57,461 nt of DNA from a virus. Taxonomy: Duplodnaviria > Caudoviricetes. A program made the translations under genes and the position numbers. The stretch spans positions 1 through 57,461 of the IMG/VR virus record IMGVR_UViG_3300017788_000030, one strand, 5' to 3'. Of this stretch, positions 38,791 through 47,900 are shown one piece after another (position 1 is the stretch's first letter; each line of letters begins with the position of its first letter). The notes under the pieces were generated by a model. That model was not told the origin of the DNA. It saw nothing but the letters and a program-made list of their open reading frames with translations, and did not search any database.

Positions 38791-40407
38791 CTAGGATCTA
38801 GAATGCCGAGATTGTATCTCATAAGCCCATGTTATGTTTTTTTTAAAACTACCAGCAAAAGGATCATGAGTTTCTTTGTTAGTTATTTCCCAACTGACTA
38901 TGCGAGCTGCAGTTGATGAATATAATTTGTTAGGATTAAATTTTTCAATTATATTAATCATATTTGTTCTAATACTACTAGGTATATGCGCTATTGCCGA
39001 TCCTGTTACAGGCAATGTTACTGTATAATTGACTGTTCTTGTTGGCAAACTATATGTGGATATATCTTGTATAATAGGCATGCGTCGAAAAACTGTTTGA
39101 GCAACTCTTTCCCTAATCCCATAGTTGTCACTAATAGTAATTTGCTCTTCTATGGAATTAGGAAATAGATTAAGTGGCCTAGAATCATAAACAAATGTAT
39201 AAACAATACTACCATCTACTTTATTATGTTCTACGTTCGCACTAATCGGATCGGGATGAAGCCATGTTGTTCTTCCTCCAAGATTATTATTGCTATTAAA
39301 ATTTTGAAAAGTTGGTATTGGTAAAAAATTTCCACTAGAAAATGATGCAACCAAAGCTCTCTGATAAAAAGTATTATCTGTTAATAAAGTATTAAATTGT
39401 CCCGAAGCATTAACATATGCTATATTTCCAGTATGATTATTTGTTTGGAAAAAAAATGGTCTAAACGATGAACTAATATCCCAATACAAATTATCACTAT
39501 TAGTTGGTAGAGTTTTTAAGCCTTGTATTGTTCCATTAATTGTAATATTTCTATTGAATTTATCATCTAGTACACTAGCCACACTAAATGTTTCTGTAAA
39601 AAGAGGAGCGCCGACTCCGCTATATGACTTAAAAATATCTGTAATCGAATAAGATCCGTTGATGCTATCAGCTTCTATTGTACTAGATCTATCAGTTATA
39701 GATAAATTATTTAATACATTAAAAAAGGCTATATCTCTATATAGAAGACCAGTAACACAACTTTTAGCATTGTTTAATGCTCCTTCGTGTGTGGCTTTTC
39801 CAACTGCGCCAATTTTACGAGTAATAGTATATGGAATCCTAGAGTTCCCACTAGGAAACAGTCCACTTAATCCTGGGTCTCTTAGATATTCGCTAGAATC
39901 AGATGATTTTATTGTATACGAATTTTCTATACTAGAAACATAAACATCTGTTAAACCAGCATATCTGTGCTCGCCAGTAGGAGGTTTTTCAATTTGCAAG
40001 TCTATAGAATAATCTATTATTTGAACTAAATATTCGTCGGTTCTATTACTAAATTCTATTTTGTTAACTTTAGTTTTATCTTTAGCCTTATCGTCTAATA
40101 TATTAGAAAATAATGGATCACTACCACATAAAATCTCTAACTCTTTATAGTCCTCACTAAAAGATTTTTCCATACCACTAACCAAACTAGACATACTGCT
40201 CCAATTGGTCGGATTAGTGTTTTTCCAATTTCCGGTATCATTTAAGTTTCCGCTACCCCTAATCTGTCCCCTAAGAGATATATTTATTGTTTCTCCAATT
40301 ATTGCTCCGCCGTCCGTAAAATTAAAGGTACTATTTATCGATAGTGTTGGAGTAGCAAGCCCACTCGCTCTAAAATCAAAATTATTATACTTAATATTTG
40401 TTCCCAT
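38791..40407 (-). CDS. putative tail protein, paralogue of 37159-38781
   Basis: Same collinear motif series and near-identical length (538 vs 540 aa). Confidence 0.65.
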   Translation of the reverse strand: MGTNIKYNNFDFRASGLATPTLSINSTFNFTDGGAIIGETINISLRGQIRGSGNLNDTGNWKNTNPTNWSSMSSLVSGMEKSFSEDYKELEILCGSDPLFSNILDDKAKDKTKVNKIEFSNRTDEYLVQIIDYSIDLQIEKPPTGEHRYAGLTDVYVSSIENSYTIKSSDSSEYLRDPGLSGLFPSGNSRIPYTITRKIGAVGKATHEGALNNAKSCVTGLLYRDIAFFNVLNNLSITDRSSTIEADSINGSYSITDIFKSYSGVGAPLFTETFSVASVLDDKFNRNITINGTIQGLKTLPTNSDNLYWDISSSFRPFFFQTNNHTGNIAYVNASGQFNTLLTDNTFYQRALVASFSSGNFLPIPTFQNFNSNNNLGGRTTWLHPDPISANVEHNKVDGSIVYTFVYDSRPLNLFPNSIEEQITISDNYGIRERVAQTVFRRMPIIQDISTYSLPTRTVNYTVTLPVTGSAIAHIPSSIRTNMINIIEKFNPNKLYSSTAARIVSWEITNKETHDPFAGSFKKNITWAYEIQSRHSRS

Positions 40408-40431
40408 ATAAAATTATTCCTAATACAAAAA

Positions 40432-43400
40432 TTATACATCACTATTGTCGAAACTAATTCCGGAAGGCACAAAAACTTGATTAATATCAACTTCCACTGA
40501 CCATAGACCATTGTTCTCTGGTACACCGCTAGCAAAAACTCCTAATCTTTGAACATTAATGTTATTTCCATCATTCAAAATAGATACACCAATAGGATCT
40601 TTAGTGCTATAATCAACACCATAATATCTTTTTTGTGTAACAGTGTCACTACCTAGTTTTACTGTTGTACGAGTACCATTAGTATTTCTATAGCTGAGAA
40701 TAGCTCCTTTTAATTCTCCAGCAACAGCCCCATAACCATTTGGTGTACCATTACTAAATACTGCGCTATAATTAACTGTATAATTCCAAACAAAAGTTCT
40801 ATTATGATCTATAGGAACATTAGGATTAGCATCAGACAAATACTGTAAACTAATAGTATTATTTATATTAGCTGTACTATTTGCATTTTTGTGCCAATCT
40901 GCTAATAGTTCGCTACTAACATCTGCAAGAGTTCTTCCTCTCAGATAAAACTTGCTATGTTGTGAAGACCCTTTCCAATTATTAGTATTTCTTACCAACG
41001 ATCCGCCAGCGCTTACATGATTATTTCTACAAGAATTAAGTGATACATCATTACCAAATTCCATACCCAAAGTATTATCAGTATTATCTACAGATTGAGG
41101 AAAACGAAAACCTTTATTATGAATCCATTTTGCTCCGTCCCAAACTATCATTAACCCATTATCTGAAGCTCCTAAATTAATATTAGTACTAGTTGTGGTT
41201 GCTAATCTGATAGTCACAATTTCGTCGGAACTATTAGTTACTATATTAAGAGGATGTATACCACTAAATTGGTAATCTAAATCAATAGTATCCAAGCCTA
41301 CATTGCCCGCATTATCTATAATTTTTAGATATTTATTTATGCTATTGGCGCCTGGTATTGTTTTGCCAGGCGGAGTTAGTTGTAGTTCTTTGGCTCTAAT
41401 TTTTCCATCAATAACTAACTTTCCAGCCTCATACCAATACTTAGAATCTGATACAGATGATACTTGCCAATCATTTGTAACAGTATCAACACCAACACCC
41501 AAAGCGCCGCTATTAACAAAATATTGCAAACCCTTTTTACCAACTGCCTGACCGCTTTCTGCTATTATAAAATAATTACCACCAGCACCAGCATTATTAA
41601 ATACCGTATTTATATTTGTTGATGAACCAAGAATAATATTGTTAAAAGTATTGTTAGGCCCTTGCTGCAACACAGTTTCTGCCTGAGATGGAGGTTCTCC
41701 TGTTGTTCCAATAGTTATAGCTTGACTAATAGGATAATATCTTAAACTATTATTACCAGTAGAAGCATAAGATGAATGAGTAAATAATAAGCTATGTCTA
41801 TCAAAACTTTGACTCGACACGGCACCGTTGTTATTGACTTTTAAAATTGTACCAGTAAGATTAACAGGAAAAATTAAGCCACTAGCAACCGTTAGCCTGT
41901 TTAAGAATCCGGAAACTCCAGTCACGTTATGGATTCTGATTGAATTCTGGTCCACAATAGTTTTGATTAGATACACAGACTCATCTCCGTCAACCGGAGC
42001 TTGAACACCACTACCCTTAACAACAAAATCATAGCCATAATCACTACTCGGATTATTCAAAAACATTCCGCTAGGGCTAATAATAAGAATACGCTCTTCG
42101 ATAGAATCATCGTCTAAAATAAATGTTTGTTGAGAATCTCTGTCAGCTCTTAGATATACTATTTCTCTGGTATTGGTATTAAAATTAATATCTCTTATAC
42201 CACTACCGATTTTATCTGTTACTTTAAACAACAAGCCACTATTTTGACCCGATAAATTAACTGGAAATTGCCATGTAGCCTCTCCAGAAGCGTCTGCTAT
42301 TAAAGAGTAGCCAGAAACCGTAGATAATTTTACTCGTAGTCTATCTGTTGTTAATACTCCGCTCACATCTAATGTTGATCTCGGGGCTGTAGTATTTACT
42401 CCTACTCTATTAGTTGATAGATTTATCATCAATACTCTATCATTATTAGCTCCTCCAGCATTACTACTATTAAAATATACTCCTTGTTGATAAGTTCCAG
42501 TATTAAAAACTATCTTTTCGTTATCGAAGAATAGTTTGTTTAAATTGCTGCTTCCAATTTGTACAGTATTATTGTAGTAACCCTTAATACCATTTCCTAT
42601 GGCAATATGATTCACTCCAGAAATAATATTACTATATCCTAGAACTAAACCACTACTATGAGTATATCTATTATTATTACCAACTACCGTGGTATAATTT
42701 CCATATAGTGGATTAGTAATAAGATCTGTGGTATCATTACCATCTTGGAAAGCTAATACATATCCAGTATCATAACCAGCGTACAAATCAGCAAAACACT
42801 CATCGCAAGCACTACCATCTCCATGAACAACGTCGTCAAATGTGGTTTTAACATAATAATCAACAGTATTGGATTGTGTAATATCGGCATTTACAACCAA
42901 TGTGGTAATATAATTACTATTTGTATTCTGTTTAATAATACCCAATGGTAATTCTGTTGTTGGATCTACACCATCTAAAATTGTTCGTACATAACAAGCC
43001 GTATTTTTTGATGCAGGAGAGAACAGGCATGTGAGAACTCTGTCTCCTGGCCCAAAATCATTTATATTTCCGATAATAACAATATTTGTTCCTGATACTC
43101 TGCATGGATATCTAACTAAGCCCACAGTATTATTATTACCATAAACACTATTGAGTGGCCCATATACTTCATTATTGTATCCTATACTTATACCACTGAC
43201 TATAACTTCATTAGGACCTATCACAATATTCCCACTACCAAATACCTGATTTCTTTCGCTGGATGTATTTACGGACAATGAATTACTACCTATAATATCA
43301 TTATATGATCCGAGAATAGAAATATTATTTCCTATAACAAAATTACTATTACCTAAATTTTGTATATTATTACCATCCAAATTAGTATATGACCCCAAAG

Positions 43401-44982
43401 TATTGGCATTAAGTCCAATTACTCTGGATTTATTACCAACAATCAAAGCGCCACTAGCATTAGAAATCCAATTATTAATACCAAATACGCTCGTATTAGA
43501 CATGGCGTTGCCAGCAGTTCTAGTATCTGTACCAGAAACAGAACCGTCTGTGCTAATAACTATTCCACTAGTATTATTTAATACGCCAAATATTAAATTA
43601 TTATTACTATCAATTGGTACATGATTACGGGGGCCTATAATAATATTATTAGCTAGATTACCAGATAAATTATTATTATTACCAACAACTAAAGATTGTT
43701 TAATGTTTGATACGGTATTGTTTTGTCCTATAACGATCAAACCAGTTGGAGAAGCATCTAATGTGCTATTATTAATACCTAATAGTATACTGTCTTGTAA
43801 TCCGCTGGTTGTAGATGTTCCTAATCCTACTATCACAGACTTAAAACTATCTGATAAATTAATGTTACTACCAATATAAATACCACTATTAATTTTTGTT
43901 GTAATATTAGATTTGCCTATATTGATAATATCATTTCCGCTAACAGCAGAATTATTACCATATACAATATTATTAGAACCAGATATATTAGCATTTGATC
44001 CTAAAACAATATCATTATTTCCGCTAATATTAATATTGTTGCCGATATAAATATTATTATTTCCAATATTGTCTATATTTGTGCCAAATCCTATACCAGA
44101 ATTACCCACAAGCATAGATTCTGATACTAAAACAACAAGATTATTACCACTAATATTAGTATTATTGCCCAAAAAGATATTGTAGTTACCCGTTGCTTTA
44201 CAAGATGATCCAACCCCTATATTAGATAAGCCAGAAATAAATCCGTCAACAGTAAATGCTATATTATTCAAGCCTGATACTATACTATTATTGGATACTA
44301 TAAGAACTTTATCTCCACGGCCATAATTATTATTACCTATTACTATACCAGTATTATTTACTATATTATTATTATTGCCGAGTAAGATATAAGATAATCC
44401 ACTAATGGTATTATTATATCCTATCACATCATAAAAGTGACCGGTAACATTATTCATTCCTCCCAACACAGTATTAACCAAACTAGATCTAAAAACTTCT
44501 CTGCTAATACCAGTATGATCAACACTAAATATTATTTCACCACTAGTTTGTAGACTAGCAGGATCTAAAATTTTTGCCTTAATTTGAGCATAGTTAATAC
44601 TATTATAGTTGTTGTCCCTTCCTGCTAAATCTATAGTAACAGGATAACTTCCTGTTTCCGGGGGAGTTTGACTATTATGTACAAACAATATTCTCACGCC
44701 TGTTGCGCAATTAGTTTCATTTTCAACTTTTAATCCATCATAAGCACAATCTGTCACAATATGTAGCGCAGCATCGGGATTGGTATTATTAAGACCCAAG
44801 CGACCTTTCGAAGCATCAAAGTATAAAACATCTCCAGCTGTCGTACCAGATACTGCAAAATCTATATTTAGCCTATTCTTATTAAATATCGTAGGATTAC
44901 CAGAGGTATCTGATAGAATAATATCATAAGTTATTCCTGATCCTATATTTAATGTTCCGGAAATTACATTAAGATTTGACAT
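40432..44982 (-). CDS. tail fibre/spike-like protein with Asn/Gly/Ile-rich beta-roll repeats
   Basis: GLNNTNPDAALHIV and GVNTTAPRSTLDVSG fibre motifs; many ~14-residue GxxNxxxG repeats (YadA-head-like). Confidence 0.7.
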   Translation of the reverse strand: MSNLNVISGTLNIGSGITYDIILSDTSGNPTIFNKNRLNIDFAVSGTTAGDVLYFDASKGRLGLNNTNPDAALHIVTDCAYDGLKVENETNCATGVRILFVHNSQTPPETGSYPVTIDLAGRDNNYNSINYAQIKAKILDPASLQTSGEIIFSVDHTGISREVFRSSLVNTVLGGMNNVTGHFYDVIGYNNTISGLSYILLGNNNNIVNNTGIVIGNNNYGRGDKVLIVSNNSIVSGLNNIAFTVDGFISGLSNIGVGSSCKATGNYNIFLGNNTNISGNNLVVLVSESMLVGNSGIGFGTNIDNIGNNNIYIGNNINISGNNDIVLGSNANISGSNNIVYGNNSAVSGNDIINIGKSNITTKINSGIYIGSNINLSDSFKSVIVGLGTSTTSGLQDSILLGINNSTLDASPTGLIVIGQNNTVSNIKQSLVVGNNNNLSGNLANNIIIGPRNHVPIDSNNNLIFGVLNNTSGIVISTDGSVSGTDTRTAGNAMSNTSVFGINNWISNASGALIVGNKSRVIGLNANTLGSYTNLDGNNIQNLGNSNFVIGNNISILGSYNDIIGSNSLSVNTSSERNQVFGSGNIVIGPNEVIVSGISIGYNNEVYGPLNSVYGNNNTVGLVRYPCRVSGTNIVIIGNINDFGPGDRVLTCLFSPASKNTACYVRTILDGVDPTTELPLGIIKQNTNSNYITTLVVNADITQSNTVDYYVKTTFDDVVHGDGSACDECFADLYAGYDTGYVLAFQDGNDTTDLITNPLYGNYTTVVGNNNRYTHSSGLVLGYSNIISGVNHIAIGNGIKGYYNNTVQIGSSNLNKLFFDNEKIVFNTGTYQQGVYFNSSNAGGANNDRVLMINLSTNRVGVNTTAPRSTLDVSGVLTTDRLRVKLSTVSGYSLIADASGEATWQFPVNLSGQNSGLLFKVTDKIGSGIRDINFNTNTREIVYLRADRDSQQTFILDDDSIEERILIISPSGMFLNNPSSDYGYDFVVKGSGVQAPVDGDESVYLIKTIVDQNSIRIHNVTGVSGFLNRLTVASGLIFPVNLTGTILKVNNNGAVSSQSFDRHSLLFTHSSYASTGNNSLRYYPISQAITIGTTGEPPSQAETVLQQGPNNTFNNIILGSSTNINTVFNNAGAGGNYFIIAESGQAVGKKGLQYFVNSGALGVGVDTVTNDWQVSSVSDSKYWYEAGKLVIDGKIRAKELQLTPPGKTIPGANSINKYLKIIDNAGNVGLDTIDLDYQFSGIHPLNIVTNSSDEIVTIRLATTTSTNINLGASDNGLMIVWDGAKWIHNKGFRFPQSVDNTDNTLGMEFGNDVSLNSCRNNHVSAGGSLVRNTNNWKGSSQHSKFYLRGRTLADVSSELLADWHKNANSTANINNTISLQYLSDANPNVPIDHNRTFVWNYTVNYSAVFSNGTPNGYGAVAGELKGAILSYRNTNGTRTTVKLGSDTVTQKRYYGVDYSTKDPIGVSILNDGNNINVQRLGVFASGVPENNGLWSVEVDINQVFVPSGISFDNSDV

Positions 44983-44996
44983 TAAATTTCTCCATC

Positions 44997-47900
44997 TTAT
45001 GCTTGTTGAATATTTATTCCATCAAAATTATTACTAAACGAACTAAGTGCTTCATTTATACGACCACTAATAATTCTTTGTAGTCCCGGCTCTATCGAAG
45101 CCAGCGCTTCTGCTCCGGTGAGAACTATTTGGATTGGTGGTAGTGGGGCTAGTTGCATGGTTATGGTGTCTGGAATCCTAATAGACGATAATTGGTTAAT
45201 AAAAGTATTAAATGTTTGTGTAAAAGCAGATAGTCCGTCAATATTATTTACACCGTTACGATTATTAGTAATATTTGTTTGTGTTGGAGAAATCAAACCT
45301 TTAGTAACTTGACCAAGTAAGCTAGTAAATGTAGTCAATTGTTGATTTACGCTATTAAATATTTGTGTTAGAGTATTTTCTTGTGGAGCAACCACATTTC
45401 GTATCTCCTGTTGTCGTTGTGGAAATCTGGCTTCTTTATTAATTCTTTGTGCCTCAAAATGCTCTTGTATTTTGCGTATAAGAGGGGAATCGAAATCGCT
45501 TCTTAAATATGCTGGGGTTCCTGTCTGTCTATTATAACTTTGAGCTAAATTACCATTACTTTGAATTAAAAATCCTATACTTTTTATTAGTGCGTCATAT
45601 GGCATTTGTTTTAAACTTGTGTGTGTGGACGATCCTGATCCTCGTTGCAAATAAACCACACCTCCATCAGCATAATTGCCGCTATTAATAGCTTGCAATA
45701 GTGGTAAATTAGCTTGAGTAGCAGCACGATTAACCACAAACTCGCCGGGCGTTAGCATAGCAGGGACAGTGTCGGTGCCGCGAGGTTGATAGTTTACATA
45801 TTGACCTTGGCTAGCATATACTATGCCGCCCCTACTTTGATAAATGTTAGGAGTCAAAGACTTTTCTGGATCAAGAGGTGCTAGTCTACTATGTCGTAAT
45901 CTGTCTGCTCCTTGTCCAAAGAATGGTAGACTAATACCTCCCTCGTCCCTAACCAAGGCGCCTTGTGCTTGTGGAAATAATTTTCTAAGAATATTATAAA
46001 CAGAATATTCGTCTGGTCTTCTAAAAGTAAATTCCATGGAATTTTCAAAATCCGCAAAATTTGGTAGATTCATTTCTTCTGGTAGAATTGTTCTACCCTG
46101 AATATTCAATTCTTTTCTAGTAATGCCACTACCTCTAAGCATTCTCTCTAATTGTCCAGATGGGTCTTTTCTTGTTCTAGCGTATTCTTGTAGCGCTGGC
46201 AACAATGTTTTCAAATCGCCGGATGTACTAAAGTTAAATAAGGTCGTGCGGCTCCCCGGAGGGTATTGATTTGGATTCGGTAGATCTACTGAGCCAACAC
46301 CACTAACAGAAGGATCTAGTCCAGCAACTTTTTCACTAGAGCCCAATAAATCATAAGTAGAAAAAGCTTTTCTGGCTATCGTCTTTTCTCTCAATTCGGC
46401 ACTTTCAGGCGAAAATAGCTCTAGAGCAGACTGTATTGTTCTAGACATGATATTTTGTTGTTGAACATAAGCATCTTGAGGAAGATTTGGTTGGGATGCT
46501 AATTCTAAAGGTGCTTTATCAAAAGCGGTATACGCCATTCCTTTGCTTGCTGGTCCAGCATTAACAGCTCTTGGTCCCACCTCTGGTGGCTGTCCAAAGT
46601 TTTTAGCTCCTGGTTGTGCCATTCTAAAGACTGGTAAATCAAGACCCATTTGTGTTGCACGAGATGCTCTGCTATTTGGGTCCATCGGTAGTTGCCCGGA
46701 CTTTACTTTATCTATAGTTGTTTGATCAACACCATAAGACTCTAAAAATCTTAAGTATTCTTCGCTAATAGTACCAGAATCTAATTGTCTAGACAATCTA
46801 TATTCTAATTGTTTTTGTAATGATGCTAATTCTGTTTGTTGTTTAGCTATCTCTACCATTAGTTTAGATTGTTTATTACGAATTGTTGTTGATAGTTTTT
46901 TCCGAGCTGATTCCGATAAGGAACTATCATTCATTTTTGTGTCTCTAGTTTGTGCTAAATCATCTAATACTTTAAAATTATCACTGATTTGTGTCCTAAG
47001 TTCACTAATTCTTTTTATACTGGTTTGTGGTTTAGCTCCTGGTTGTGCAAAACCAACAGCTGCATTAACAACAGCATTTCGTGTCAAACTATTAAGGTCT
47101 GTTGGGATATCAAAAACTTGATTAGAGGCAAGTTCTACTCCTGTGCCTATGGTTGCACTAACTCCAGCAGCAGTTGCTCTTGTTCCCAGGGTTCCGACCA
47201 TAGAACGAACACCTTGTGTTGCTAGTCCATATCCCATTCCTGGAATAGCTCCGGCCACAGCACTAGTTACGGGATATTCTCCCATTAGTTGGTTAGCTTT
47301 TTGATTAGCTTCTGGAGCAACAGCATCTAGTCCTGCTTCTTGAATATAGCCCGCACCCATAGCCCCGACTACTCCACCAGTAAGAACAACTAATGGATAA
47401 GCAGGAGCGAATGGAGTAAGCAGCATCGGAGAAGCTAATTGAGCGGTTGCCGACCCTGCTGCTATACCAGCAGCTGTTGGACCGATAGATTTAGCAGCAG
47501 AAACGCCAGCAGCCTGAACTTGTCTTTCTTCTAAAGCAAATTTTTCCCAGTTGAACGTACTAATAGGACTCTGAGCATTGGTTGAATATGGACCCATACC
47601 AGCCCTATATGCTGCCATACCATTTGGTATTCTCATACCATCCTGAGCATAAACCAATCCACCCTTACTATATCCCATAGTTTGCATACTTTTTCTTAAA
47701 AAAGCCTGACTAGCTGGCATATTATTAAACTCAGGAGTATCTGCTATACTGGCTATTACAGCAAATAATTCATTTGGATTAGCATCTAATTGAGCTATAG
47801 TATAACCAGTATCTGCTAGTTTTTGATAATTATTATCTACTAGTTCTTGTCCTATTTGAAAAACAATACTACTTCTGGCATTTTTTCTATTTCTAAGTTT

